Assembly: GCA_963822445.1 (NCBI GenBank)
Contig: CAWGHO010000002.1
Location: 512,001-576,000, forward strand
Direction of reading: 5' to 3'
Source of the DNA: an uncultured Acidobacteriota bacterium
Lineage (GTDB): Bacteria; Acidobacteriota; Thermoanaerobaculia; Gp7-AA8
DNA length: 64,000 nt
Part shown: piece by piece, positions 1 through 9,262 of the stretch
How the letters are laid out: the number at the start of each line of letters is the position of its first letter
Position numbering within the stretch: position 1 is the first letter of the stretch
Translations under genes and position numbers: made by a program
Notes under the pieces: generated by a model
Database searches by the model: none
What the model saw: only the letters and a program-made list of their open reading frames with translations
What the model was told of the DNA's origin: nothing

Positions 1-1
1 G

Positions 2-967
2 GGACTCTTCGTGATCCTCTGGACGTCGCTCGAGGACGACGACAGCCGCACCGCGAGCGCGGCGACCGCCGCGGGTCTGCTGACGAAGTACACCTTCCTG
101 CCGTTCGCGATCCTGGCCTGGGCGTTCAAGCGGCGGCTGCCGTCGTGGGTGGCGTTGCTCGGGCTGATCTTCTTCGCCCGCAACGCCATCCTCACCAGCA
201 ACCCCATCGCCCCCTTCCTCGGCACCGACGCGCCGCACGTCGCCGGCTATCGCGACCTCGCGCTGTCCGATTACGTCTTCGACGGCGACATCATCGACGA
301 GTCGATCGGTGCATCGCTGCTGACGCTCGTGCCGTTTGCGACGGGCGCGATTCCACTGGCCACACTCGCCGCCGGCGTTCTGCTCTTCTTCCTCGCTCCC
401 TCGTCGCGCGTGCTCATCCCCTTCTTCGCCATTCCGGCGATGCAGTCCGCACCGATTCTGCGCAGGCGGCTGATTGCGGCGCTGGTCACGCTGGCCGTGG
501 TGCTGCAGACCTTCCTCGTGGTCTGGTTCACGGCACGCGGCAACGCCTTCTCCCTGCTCGCGGCCACGGCAGGTGAGGACGACTTCCTCGCCAAACAGCG
601 CGCGTCGTACTCATCGGTGATGTGGCTGAACGAGGTCCTTCCGCGCAGCTCACGCACGCTGGTCGTCGGTTTGAACGAAACGTACTGGTTCGAGAAGCCG
701 GTGCGGGGCGGCGGCAACTTCGATGGCCCGCGCGTGTCGGAGTACCTCAACACGCCCGCGCCGGAAGTGCTCCGCGACCGGCTGCGGCGCGACGGCATCA
801 CCCACGTCGCGATCGTCGCCCCGATCGTGCCGAAGCCCGGCCAGCCTGCGGACGAGCGCCGTACCGCGCTGTCGCCCGAGGCGCAGCGGATGCTCGCTGT
901 GACACTCGATCGTTACGCGGCCAACGTCGTCTCGCGCGGAGGGGCCACGCTCTTCACGCTACGATGA
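2..967 (+). CDS. Polytopic membrane protein, GT-C/ArnT-like; 5' end lies outside the window
   Basis: Frame is open from position 2. Several hydrophobic segments, an AAGLLTKY-type motif seen in GT-C-like proteins, and a soluble C-terminal domain. Confidence 0.55.
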   Translation, partial: GLFVILWTSLEDDDSRTASAATAAGLLTKYTFLPFAILAWAFKRRLPSWVALLGLIFFARNAILTSNPIAPFLGTDAPHVAGYRDLALSDYVFDGDIIDESIGASLLTLVPFATGAIPLATLAAGVLLFFLAPSSRVLIPFFAIPAMQSAPILRRRLIAALVTLAVVLQTFLVVWFTARGNAFSLLAATAGEDDFLAKQRASYSSVMWLNEVLPRSSRTLVVGLNETYWFEKPVRGGGNFDGPRVSEYLNTPAPEVLRDRLRRDGITHVAIVAPIVPKPGQPADERRTALSPEAQRMLAVTLDRYAANVVSRGGATLFTLR

Positions 968-971
968 GCGC

Positions 972-1940
972 ATGCCGCCTCGAGTCGCGCTTCGCCCCAT
1001 CAACACCTCCCTGATCGACCCCGACCTCGGCACCCACACCTTTCGAAGCGTCGATTCGGATCTCATCGCCAGGCGGGTCTTCGAGAAGATCGGAACATCG
1101 GCCGAAATCGCCGCGAATTTCGTGGAAGGTCTCGCAGCGTGGACCGGCGAGCCCGGCACGGCCGGGGAATTCGCACGGGCGAAGCAAGAGCTGACCGCGA
1201 AGCTTTCTCAATCGTTGTCCGCGGCATACGAGGACGACGTGCCCGTTCGCGCGTACCCATCGCCGCCGGTGGTCACCGTGAAATCCGACCCGGCGCCGCT
1301 TCCCGAGAATCCGACGGTCGAGGATGCGCGGCGATGGATCCTGACCTGGAACACCGAGCCCGAGAGGCCGAGCGACATCATTCGCACCGCCCTCTCGACG
1401 GAACCCGTCGTCGTTGCGACGGTCGACGCCAGTCCCTTCGAACGCGCGCTTCTCGCCTGCGAGGTCGACCTGAACGACGCGACGCTCGGGCAACTGGCGT
1501 CCACGCCGATCGATCCGCCGAAGACCAACAAGTCTTCGGTGCCGAATGGCCCGGCGTCCGGATCGATGTCTTTCGACGCCGGTCAGGCGATGGGCGTGCG
1601 CGCGACCGTGATCCGTAACGAAGGCTTTCCGCCGCCGTTCGTGTATGTCGTCAGCGCGCTGAGTGAAGTGCTCAATCCGTTCATCGAGCGCGATGACGTC
1701 ATCGCCATCGCCAATCTCGCCGAGCTCGAGACGCTGTCGCCGACGGGCATCGCCGTTTCCTACGAGCACAGCGATCCACCCGAGCGCGTGCCGGTGCTGC
1801 TCGTCAACGGACCGTTCGACGCCGACACCCTCGGCCGCGCGGTCGAAGACTGGAAGGAAACGCAGCAACCGCCGGAAGGGCAGTTCGTCTTCGACGTGAC
1901 CGCCGACCATCTCCGCTTACGGCGCGTCGTGATCGGCTAG
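972..1940 (+). CDS. Hypothetical protein, 322 aa
   Basis: Long ORF with host-like codon usage starting 4 nt after the upstream stop. No recognised motif. Confidence 0.6.
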   Translation: MPPRVALRPINTSLIDPDLGTHTFRSVDSDLIARRVFEKIGTSAEIAANFVEGLAAWTGEPGTAGEFARAKQELTAKLSQSLSAAYEDDVPVRAYPSPPVVTVKSDPAPLPENPTVEDARRWILTWNTEPERPSDIIRTALSTEPVVVATVDASPFERALLACEVDLNDATLGQLASTPIDPPKTNKSSVPNGPASGSMSFDAGQAMGVRATVIRNEGFPPPFVYVVSALSEVLNPFIERDDVIAIANLAELETLSPTGIAVSYEHSDPPERVPVLLVNGPFDADTLGRAVEDWKETQQPPEGQFVFDVTADHLRLRRVVIG

Positions 1941-2018
1941 GAGCCTGCGCGGCAGAAACTCGGGCTGCACCCGCACGTGCATCAGGCTTGGCCTGCTGGC
2001 GCAGCGGCTCGTAGCCGC

Positions 2019-3443
2019 CTAGCGCCGGCAGGTGTCGGCAGTGCAGCGGTACTCGGCCAGGTTCGCCACCGCCTCCGCCGCCGCGGCGAACTTCCAGTGT
2101 TGTCCGACCGGCGAGAGACGGCATCGCATCGCTGCTGCCGTCGCCCCGCGGATGAGACAGAACACGTCGGAGAGCACGGTTCCGTTGTCGGCGACGTAGG
2201 AGTGGCCGAGGAAGCTCGTGTCGACGTCGCTGACGTCGATGGTGTCGATGTTCGGGAGCACCACGATCCCCGGGCCGGCATCGCCGAGACGCGGTGCGCG
2301 ATCGAACGTCTTTCCCGCGGCCAGCGCTCCATCGCGCGAGGAAGCGTAGAGCGTCACGTGCTTGCCGAGCTTTACGAAGGCCGGAGCGAGATCGCGTTTG
2401 AAGACGTCCGCGTCGAGATCCGGCGCGGCCAGAACGATCTGGTCGAAGCGCGGCCCCTGCGCGGTCACGGCCATTTCTCGCAGCGCGCCGGCCAGCACGC
2501 GATTGCCCATGCTGTGGGCGACGAGATGGATCGAGCTCGCGCCTGCCTGCGCGGCCAGCTCGGTGAGGAACTGGCGGAGATTGCCCGCGGCCCAGTCGGC
2601 GTTGCGTCCGTCGGCGGGATACTCCTTCGTCTTGCCCCACGACGGCCAGCTGTAAAGGACGGCCGGGCCGTCGAAGGCGAGGTCGTACTTGATCTGCGCC
2701 GTGCGCCGCGCCGCGTCTTCGAAGGTGACGTTGTAGCCGTGGATGAAGACGAACGTCTCGCGGCGCGCCGACGCGCGGATGCTGTTCCGCAGCTTCGCGT
2801 AGAAGTGATCGCGCCGCTGCGGTTGCACGCTGAGCAGCACCACGTGCTTTTCGGGATCGGGACGGAACTCGAGCTTGAAGATGGACGGGCTCTCCAGCTC
2901 GCCGAGGCGGTGGACGCGGGGGATGCTCACGCGGGCGATGCCGAGGCTGAGCTTTCCGCGTTGCGGGCCGTACAGCCTGGTCGGTTGGGTCTCGCCGGTG
3001 AACGCGCGATCGGTGGCGTAGTAGAGATTCACCACCGCGTAATTTTTCCCGTCTTCGACGTCGACGCGCGGCACGCTTCCTACCGGCGGCGGCAGCGAGG
3101 GACGGACCTCCGGCGGCGGTGGCGCCGCGGACGAGCGCATCCGTTCCTCGAGCTCGACCTCGAAGCGCGTCTCCTCGGCGCTGACCGTCACCGTCGTCAA
3201 GGTCACTTGAAATCCGCTGCGGCCCGCTTCGAGGTCGTACGTTCCCGGCGGCACGTCGAAACGGGCGATGCCTTCGTCGTCCGTGGTGGCGATGACGGGC
3301 GACGAGGTGCTGCTGGTGAGGGTGACGATCACCCGCGGCACGGCCCGGCCTCTGCTCTTGACCTCGACCAGCAGGACGGCCGCGCTCAACTGCGTGGTCA
3401 CGACCGCGAGAAGTGCGAACAGCACGATCCGGGTTCGCGTCAT
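2019..3443 (-). CDS. Secreted alpha/beta hydrolase (DUF900-like) with an N-terminal carboxypeptidase-regulatory-like domain
   Basis: Signal peptide MTRTRIVLFALLAVV. Motifs YYATDR, VFIHGYNVTF, YSWPS, AHSMG (nucleophile elbow), LAAPDLD and GHSY. Confidence 0.85.
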   Translation of the reverse strand: MTRTRIVLFALLAVVTTQLSAAVLLVEVKSRGRAVPRVIVTLTSSTSSPVIATTDDEGIARFDVPPGTYDLEAGRSGFQVTLTTVTVSAEETRFEVELEERMRSSAAPPPPEVRPSLPPPVGSVPRVDVEDGKNYAVVNLYYATDRAFTGETQPTRLYGPQRGKLSLGIARVSIPRVHRLGELESPSIFKLEFRPDPEKHVVLLSVQPQRRDHFYAKLRNSIRASARRETFVFIHGYNVTFEDAARRTAQIKYDLAFDGPAVLYSWPSWGKTKEYPADGRNADWAAGNLRQFLTELAAQAGASSIHLVAHSMGNRVLAGALREMAVTAQGPRFDQIVLAAPDLDADVFKRDLAPAFVKLGKHVTLYASSRDGALAAGKTFDRAPRLGDAGPGIVVLPNIDTIDVSDVDTSFLGHSYVADNGTVLSDVFCLIRGATAAAMRCRLSPVGQHWKFAAAAEAVANLAEYRCTADTCRR

Positions 3444-3479
3444 TTCAGACGGAATTCTATTCCTGCTGCGGGTGGTCGG

Positions 3480-3551
3480 GGTGTGGTGCAGGCCTCCGGC
3501 CTGCTCTTGGGCGCCGGGCGACCAAGGCGGGCCAGAGGCCTGCACCACACC
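3480..3551. repeat. REP-like palindromic element, copy 1
   Basis: Inverted arms GGTGTGGTGCAGGCCTC ... GAGGCCTGCACCACACC. A related copy lies at 50866-50933. Confidence 0.8.
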
Positions 3552-3564
3552 TATCATTCCGCGC

Positions 3565-4116
3565 ATGGCCACGATCGTCGTCCTGAACGGCACGTCGAGC
3601 TCCGGCAAGACGACGCTCGCTCGCGCGTTTCAGGAGCTCGCCGGAACGGTCTTCCTGAACTTCTCGATCGACAGCATCCTCTACGCCCTTCCGCAGAGCG
3701 CGCTCCACGCGCTGACCGCCGGTAACGGCATTCCCAACCTTCCCTATCCCGAGCTCGACGCCGCCTACTACGCGTGTGTTCGCGAGCTGGCCGCGCTCGG
3801 CCGCGATCTGGTGACCGACAACGCCATCGTCACGCGCGCGCAGGCGGAGCGAATGCTCGATGCGGTCGCGGGACATCGCGTGCTGCTCGTTTCCGTGTCC
3901 TGTCCCGCCGAGGTTCTCGAACAACGCGAACGTGCCCGCGGCGACCGCCGCGCCGGCATGGCCGTGCGCCAGGCCGCGACCATCGATCAATGGCTCGAGT
4001 ACGACCTGCGGATCGATACGTCAGTGGAGAGCGTCAGCGCCGCGGCGGAAAGGATTCATGAGGCGCTCTCCAGCGAGCTCGAAGGAATCGAACGCACACG
4101 CACGCGCCTGCTCTAG
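3565..4116 (+). CDS. Chloramphenicol phosphotransferase (CPT)-like P-loop kinase
   Basis: IVVLNGTSSSGKTTLARAFQ Walker A, RERARGDR, and YDLRIDTS, all typical of the CPT family. Confidence 0.85.
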   Translation: MATIVVLNGTSSSGKTTLARAFQELAGTVFLNFSIDSILYALPQSALHALTAGNGIPNLPYPELDAAYYACVRELAALGRDLVTDNAIVTRAQAERMLDAVAGHRVLLVSVSCPAEVLEQRERARGDRRAGMAVRQAATIDQWLEYDLRIDTSVESVSAAAERIHEALSSELEGIERTRTRLL

Positions 4117-4487
4117 GGCGGAGCGTCCATGCCTTCAATGTTTTTCGAAATTATCCCTTTCACAAACCCACTTCTCATGAGCAGGAAAGTGCACAGAGGG
4201 GATGGATAGCGGCAGGCAATGATGATCGCGGCAGCGTCGCGGAGACGCGCGCGCTCCTCAGCCGAGAAGCGGTAGGGCGGCTCACCGAGAATCCATCCGA
4301 CAGACTCACCGGCCGCGTGAGCGATGCCCGCAGCGATCACGAAACTGGGCCGCTTCACCTCGCCGCTGAGTACGCGCGAGAGCGTTGTTGGGCAGATCCC
4401 CGCATCCTCGGCGATCAGGTATTGCTTCCGGCCGGAGCGCTTAACCGCTTCGCGAAGGCGCGCCCGCCACGGTTCAATATTGGACAT
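4113..4487 (-). CDS. XRE-family HTH regulator
   Basis: RLREAVKRSGRKQYLIAEDAGICPTTLSRVLSGEVKRPSF. Confidence 0.75.
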   Translation of the reverse strand: MSNIEPWRARLREAVKRSGRKQYLIAEDAGICPTTLSRVLSGEVKRPSFVIAAGIAHAAGESVGWILGEPPYRFSAEERARLRDAAAIIIACRYPSPLCTFLLMRSGFVKGIISKNIEGMDAPP

Positions 4488-4829
4488 TCATTCTGGAAAC
4501 ATCACGGCTTCGCCGAACCCCTTGATGGACGCATCCAGGGCGTCTACGTCGTCAGGGTTGATCCCGAGATGGAGATCGTTTGCGGCCTGCTGATCGATGG
4601 TTACGCCGCTCTGTTCTGCGCGGCGAGAGAGGTAGTGAACGAGGTAGGCCGGAAGGTAGATCGTGACCGGCTCGAAGCGCAGAAGGGACGGCAGGACGTG
4701 CACGTCACCGCCAAGGGCGTACCGGACTGCTTCGATGCCCCACTTTTCGACCGCGAGGATGGCGATGGTCTGCCACGTGAGGCGATCCCCTTCAGCGTCG
4801 ATCTCTCCGCTAGGCACGCCGCCGCCCAA
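4488..4829 (-). pseudogene. 5'-truncated paralog of the unknown gene at 19842-20327
   Basis: AVEKWGIEAVRYALGGDVHVLP...RAEQSGVTI...IKGFGEAVMFPE aligns by eye with ALETWPLDTIEEALGSDADRVLP...RAEQEQTTI...IPGFAAAFAWPD. The N-terminal ~50 aa are missing. Confidence 0.6.
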
Positions 4830-4863
4830 GAAGCAGCCGAAACGAAAGCGGTAGGGACGGCGA

Positions 4864-5085
4864 TTACTGTCCCTTCGGTGGGCGATGGCTGAAGTAGTAC
4901 TGAAACATCACCTTCATCGCGTAAACCATCACACCAGTTAACGCTGATGACGGCCATGTGAAGCCGCGGACGATCTGGAAGATCATCGTCCCTACAAAAG
5001 CCATCAGTAGGAACGCCGTAAGGGCGAGGCGAAGTCCTATGTTGAATAGGATCTCGTACGTTTCGGCGGTGTCGCGGTCGATCAT
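4864..5085 (-). CDS. Small two-TM membrane protein, 73 aa
   Basis: ATGA overlap with the upstream gene's stop. Two hydrophobic stretches: IGLRLALTAFLLMAFVGTMIF and SALTGVMVYAMKVMF. Confidence 0.6.
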   Translation of the reverse strand: MIDRDTAETYEILFNIGLRLALTAFLLMAFVGTMIFQIVRGFTWPSSALTGVMVYAMKVMFQYYFSHRPPKGQ

Positions 5086-5501
5086 TCTGCTGACGTGTAC
5101 GTGCTCGGTGCGGACGGGGACGGTGCGAACTCTGTCTTCCTCAGCCTGTAGAACGGTATCTTTCGGCACTCTCGTGCCTCGAAGACGCTCGTAAGCTCCA
5201 AGGCTTCGCAAACCGTGCACGAAACCTGCGACGGTGAAAATGAATCGCCGTCGCACACCTCGGACAGCACGCGTTCATCGTTCGGGCAGAGGAGCGCCGT
5301 GCACCGCTCGAAGTAGCCTTCTCGCACAGCCATGTCGCACAGCCATGTCGCTACGGAAAACGGGATGCCGAAAAATGCGCGCACGTTCTCCACGTAGATC
5401 TTCGGCGGCTGACCGGTGTACTGGAGCAGCGCCCGGCGTTTAGCTACGGCCGCGCCGATCCAAGACCGGTCAATTAGCTGAAAGAATCGCTCGAACGACA
5501 T
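5082..5501 (-). CDS. Hypothetical protein with a probable wHTH and Zn ribbon
   Basis: IYVENVRAFFGIPFSVATWLCDMAVREGYF (wHTH-like), followed by CPND...CTVC. Start overlaps the upstream gene. Confidence 0.65.
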   Translation of the reverse strand: MSFERFFQLIDRSWIGAAVAKRRALLQYTGQPPKIYVENVRAFFGIPFSVATWLCDMAVREGYFERCTALLCPNDERVLSEVCDGDSFSPSQVSCTVCEALELTSVFEARECRKIPFYRLRKTEFAPSPSAPSTYTSAE

Positions 5502-6336
5502 TGTCGACCTCGTCCCCATCCTCGCTGTAACGCGTGACAACCAACTCACCAGCCGACGGGTCAGCCGAAAAGAGGGGTGGGTAATTCAGCTCCGCTTTGA
5601 GCGTTTCAAACACGGTCCGGAGAAGTGGCGCCTCCATGGCGTTGGCGTACTCCTCAGGCGAGTCGCGCCGGAGGAGGCACTTCGTGTCCATGGTCTCCGT
5701 GCGCGTGGACTTCGATGCCTTGAACTTCGAGACTTCAGCATCGAACTCGCCGCCCTCCCAGAGGGCCTTCACGCCTTTGTTCATATCGAGGCGCTCGATC
5801 GTGTCGGGCGATTCCAGCGCGCCGAACAGCATTCCGACTACGGCTTCCTCGTCCACGTCTTTCTTGACGCCGACGGCTCGCAGATCGCCATCCAGGTACG
5901 TCGATACGTTCTTCTCGACGATGGTGAACGTGACGCGCACATATTCCAGATCGACCGTCACCCTGATCGGCCAAGCGAAGTTGATGGTCGTTTCATTCCA
6001 CGGCGGACCGCCGACGATCGCCCGATACGCGAACTCAATGAGGTAGAACTCCTCGATGCTGTTCTGACTCCTCTGGACGAACACCGGTGCCTGCCCAGAG
6101 AGAAGCGGATCTCCAAACCCGGCAACGTCTTCCGCTTTGTTTCGGAAGAGGATCACCCGCTGCTTCGTCCGGCCATGATGAGTACGGCAGAACTCGGCGA
6201 TCTCATCTTCGGCGATGTTCTTCGCCACGATCTCCACGAACTCGTCCTTCGACGGCTTTCCGGAGACCTCCCAGAATTCGCGCAACGCGTCAACTGGATA
6301 GAGGCGGAGCAAGCGCGCCAGCACTTCGGTATCCAT
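5470..6336 (-). CDS. Hypothetical protein, 288 aa, acidic alpha/beta
   Basis: Clean ORF with GAGGG upstream. First gene of a three-gene overlapping operon. Confidence 0.75.
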   Translation of the reverse strand: MDTEVLARLLRLYPVDALREFWEVSGKPSKDEFVEIVAKNIAEDEIAEFCRTHHGRTKQRVILFRNKAEDVAGFGDPLLSGQAPVFVQRSQNSIEEFYLIEFAYRAIVGGPPWNETTINFAWPIRVTVDLEYVRVTFTIVEKNVSTYLDGDLRAVGVKKDVDEEAVVGMLFGALESPDTIERLDMNKGVKALWEGGEFDAEVSKFKASKSTRTETMDTKCLLRRDSPEEYANAMEAPLLRTVFETLKAELNYPPLFSADPSAGELVVTRYSEDGDEVDNVVRAILSAN

Positions 6337-6456
6337 GCGTACGTTCGACCCTCGGTAGCCATCTTACCCGAGGAATTAGCGACGGATGTATGATCGCTCC
6401 CGTCTGGTCATGTGGTGCTTGCTGTCCGTCGAGAGACGGGCGACAGGAGCCTACCC

Positions 6457-6606
6457 ATGACGAACAAGAACAGAGAAGAAAGTCGACTCGTGAGGATTTT
6501 CCTGAAGTGGACTCTGGTGCTCGGCTTGCTGCGAGCAGGTTTGCTTGAACTCGAAGCAGTAATCCATAGCATCCGCCATTTCGCGACGACAATCATGGGA
6601 GCATGA
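6457..6606 (+). CDS. Small hypothetical protein, 49 aa, one hydrophobic helix
   Basis: CAGGAG RBS 7 nt before the ATG; sequence begins MTNKNREESRLVRIFLKWTLVLGLL. Confidence 0.35.
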   Translation: MTNKNREESRLVRIFLKWTLVLGLLRAGLLELEAVIHSIRHFATTIMGA

Positions 6607-6742
6607 TGCTCAGCTCTGTCCTTGGGAGTTGATAGGTATGCTTAAAGGCAAAGACCCAGCGAGCGACCAAATTACTTCCTTACCGATTAGAGAGGCGCGT
6701 CGTCTCTCACCCGCCACGCATGACCAGACACCCTTAGTCCCT

Positions 6743-6904
6743 TCACCCTTGCGGCGGTTCGTCGATCCTCACGCCACGGATGCCCGTCTGCGGCTTCTCA
6801 GCGCCCGGCACGACGCAATCCCCTGACTCATGAAAGATCACTTCATCCAGCGCGGCAGGATCGAACCAGAAGTCACACGTCGGGCAGCGTTCGAGGTCGG
6901 GCAT
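6743..6904 (-). CDS. Small putative Zn-binding protein, 53 aa (below the ORF-track cutoff)
   Basis: Manual translation: MPDLERCPTCDFWFDPAALDEVIFHESGDC..., giving CxxC...H...C. Confidence 0.5.
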   Translation of the reverse strand: MPDLERCPTCDFWFDPAALDEVIFHESGDCVVPGAEKPQTGIRGVRIDEPPQG

Positions 6905-6978
6905 GCGACAAGTCTACACGTCCGGCGATGTCCGGCTAAGTTGCTCATTTCCGTGGGTTTGCAAAGTCTATAATTTCG

Positions 6979-7416
6979 ATGTTTTTTCTCCGTCTTCTCG
7001 CGCTCGTATGGCTGACGCACGATGTAGCGGCTCAGGTGTTTGCAGTGAGTCCGCCCAACCCGACCAGCGCCGACATAATCGTGCTGTCAGTAGGGGCACC
7101 GGAGCTTGGCTTCGTCCTGCAGCCGGTTACCGTGACTGGGTCGGCGATAGATGTCACGCTTCGCGGCGGGAGTGCTCTGCCAGCGTTCGAGACTCATGAG
7201 GTGACACTTCCACGTCTGAGTCCCGGGGCCTATGCGGTAACCGTCACCTTTGTATTTCTCGAGTCAGACGGCGAGTTGGATCACGTGGTGACACTGCCGC
7301 CATTTACGTTGCAAGTGCTCCCGGCTGCGGCGATTCCCGCCTCGAGTATTCCGGGCCTGTTAGTGCTTCTCGCCTCGTTGTCGGTTCTCGGTACGGTTGC
7401 GCTGGGCCGTTTGTGA
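6979..7416 (+). CDS. Secreted small beta-sandwich protein with an IPTL-CTERM-like anchor
   Basis: Signal peptide; C-terminus IPASSIPGLLVLLASLSVLGTVALGRL. Similar to 27503-28030. Confidence 0.7.
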   Translation: MFFLRLLALVWLTHDVAAQVFAVSPPNPTSADIIVLSVGAPELGFVLQPVTVTGSAIDVTLRGGSALPAFETHEVTLPRLSPGAYAVTVTFVFLESDGELDHVVTLPPFTLQVLPAAAIPASSIPGLLVLLASLSVLGTVALGRL

Positions 7417-7422
7417 AGTGCC

Positions 7423-7701
7423 TCAGCGCGTCGCGGAAAACTCACCCGTTCCTTCGCCGACCGCTTCCGGCTCCTCGCCGGTCACGACGCGCAGCAGCCT
7501 TTCCGCGAGGACGCCCGCCGGATCCGCGGGAATGAGCGTGCGGATGCTCGCGGCGGAGCGGCACCGATGGACCGCCATTCGTGACGACGCTGCCAGGCCC
7601 GCTCCATGGCCTCATCCAGCAGGTCTTCCGTCGGCGCCGCGGCCAGGAAACCGGTCTCGCCGTCGCGAATGATCTCGCCGCTGCCCGACATCGGTCGCGA
7701 T
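7423..7701 (-). pseudogene. Decayed copy of the 3' end of the GT4 glycosyltransferase gene at 34119-35375
   Basis: [42 protein letters not shown] is nearly identical to the intact gene, with indels. Ends GEFSATR* versus GEFSATP*. Confidence 0.9.
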
Positions 7702-7877
7702 CGCGCGGCCGGCGAATGCCGCATCGCCCCGCGTGAGCGCGACCGCAAACACGATCAAGCTCACGATGCCGGGTGCCAGCCACCATGGACTGCGGCCGAG
7801 GCGCAGCCACATCCACACGGCATTGCATGTGTGATCTCGCACGCCGCGGCGACGAGGAACCAGCCGGCGTCCTTCAT
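7702..7877 (-). pseudogene. ynfA: YnfA-family small membrane protein, frameshifted and 3'-truncated
   Basis: [15 protein letters not shown] / [40 protein letters not shown]. Breaks off just before the expected YAAYGG motif. Confidence 0.7.
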
Positions 7878-8043
7878 GCGTCGATTATCGAGGTTCAGAG
7901 CCCGAGCTCGGCGGCGATGAACTCCTTCACATCGGGACCGCCGTCCAGGCGAAGCGTGAGCGCACCGAACGCCGGTGGCCCACTCGATAGCGAGCAGGGC
8001 GGCGCGCGCGGTGCGTGACCGGTAAACTGCGCGGAGGAGGCCA

Positions 8044-9222
8044 TTGCTCTTGGGTGAACTTCTGAGTCAGGCGCGGAACACTCTGAACTTCATGCTGGTC
8101 GGGGTTGTCGCTCTGGCGTGGGCCGCTTTTCAGAAGCCTGCCCCAGTTTTCGAACTAGCGCGGAACGTAATTCGCGAAGCTCAGACTGCGAGGACCGTAG
8201 CAAATGAGCTGCAGCGCGAGCCACTACCAGAAGTAGCGGAATTTTTCGCTCGGCTGGCCAACGATACTGACTGGGTGGCCCCGGCCACGAAGGCTAGCTT
8301 GGACTTTGATGATGGTGCCTTGAGGACGATCAAAGTTTCCACGTTCACCCCTCTTGTGACCATCAAGAGGCGACCGTTCGAGGACAGGAGAAAATCCGGA
8401 GAGCGCGGTATGGACGTACCTCCATACTTAGAGGACACGGCGGTCTACGGTATGTCACGATGGTCTGCGGAAGTCCTCCAGATAGCGAAAGACACAGACG
8501 TCGCCGAGTTTGCGACGCTCGGCGACGTAGAGACGAGATCGCGTCAAACACTCGAATTGCCCGGTTTGGGCGAGAGAGTCCGCGCCGACCGCGCTGTCGG
8601 TCTGATCGCTATCGGTCTGATAGCGCCGCTCCTCTACCTCTTGAGCATCAGCGGCGCGGTGTATTACCAGGTTCGGGAGGAACCGACGTCGCTGCCGATT
8701 TCCTTCCTGCCGTTTCATCCAGGAGGTTTGGGGGCATGGCTAACCTGCATCTGGCTGTTAAGCCCAGCGGCCATTGCGTGGGTCGCCGGCTTGGGTGAGA
8801 CGAAAAGCGCAATCTTACGGTTTGCGGCCGGCCCTTTGACATTCATCGCAGTTGCCGTTGGCGCTCGGCTCATAGCGACTCGTCATGCGGCAACGACAAC
8901 AACACCGTCGAGATACGTCAAGGCGACGACCTATCTAGGCATCACGAGACCAAACGTTTATTGGGGGCTGTCGGCGCTGGCGTTAGCTCTTATCGCTCTC
9001 CTTACGGGAGACCTTGAGCCCATCGCATTGCGCACACTGGTGGTGTTGATGTCTGTATTGGTCCTGAGCGAGCTCGCAAGTGCGCTCGGACCAGTTGGTT
9101 TCCTAGGGGCTGTAGTGGGAGTTGGTGCGGGGGCATGTGTTGTTTGGTACACAGTTCAGCGTCGTCGAGCGCGTAGAGACGCATCGTCCCGATCCGAAAC
9201 GAATCCTATCTCGGAGGAATAA
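8044..9222 (+). CDS. Hypothetical multi-pass membrane protein, 392 aa
   Basis: One N-terminal TM, a soluble domain, then about six hydrophobic segments. Lower GC than the core genes. Confidence 0.6.
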   Translation: MLLGELLSQARNTLNFMLVGVVALAWAAFQKPAPVFELARNVIREAQTARTVANELQREPLPEVAEFFARLANDTDWVAPATKASLDFDDGALRTIKVSTFTPLVTIKRRPFEDRRKSGERGMDVPPYLEDTAVYGMSRWSAEVLQIAKDTDVAEFATLGDVETRSRQTLELPGLGERVRADRAVGLIAIGLIAPLLYLLSISGAVYYQVREEPTSLPISFLPFHPGGLGAWLTCIWLLSPAAIAWVAGLGETKSAILRFAAGPLTFIAVAVGARLIATRHAATTTTPSRYVKATTYLGITRPNVYWGLSALALALIALLTGDLEPIALRTLVVLMSVLVLSELASALGPVGFLGAVVGVGAGACVVWYTVQRRRARRDASSRSETNPISEE

Positions 9223-9262
9223 TGCTGATTCTCCGGTCAAGGCCCAATGGTTAATAATCGCA

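Noticed and set aside
1941-2012. Structured ncRNA between convergent genes
   Set aside because: Only a weak imperfect inverted repeat (GAGCC..TGCGC / GCGCA..GGCTC), at most a terminator-like stem.
3565-4116. True chloramphenicol resistance gene
   Set aside because: The CPT-like family is broad, and the substrate cannot be inferred from these motifs.
7423-7701. Diversity-generating retroelement template/variable repeat pair with 34119-34409
   Set aside because: Differences are mostly synonymous and not adenine-specific, and there is no reverse transcriptase in the window.
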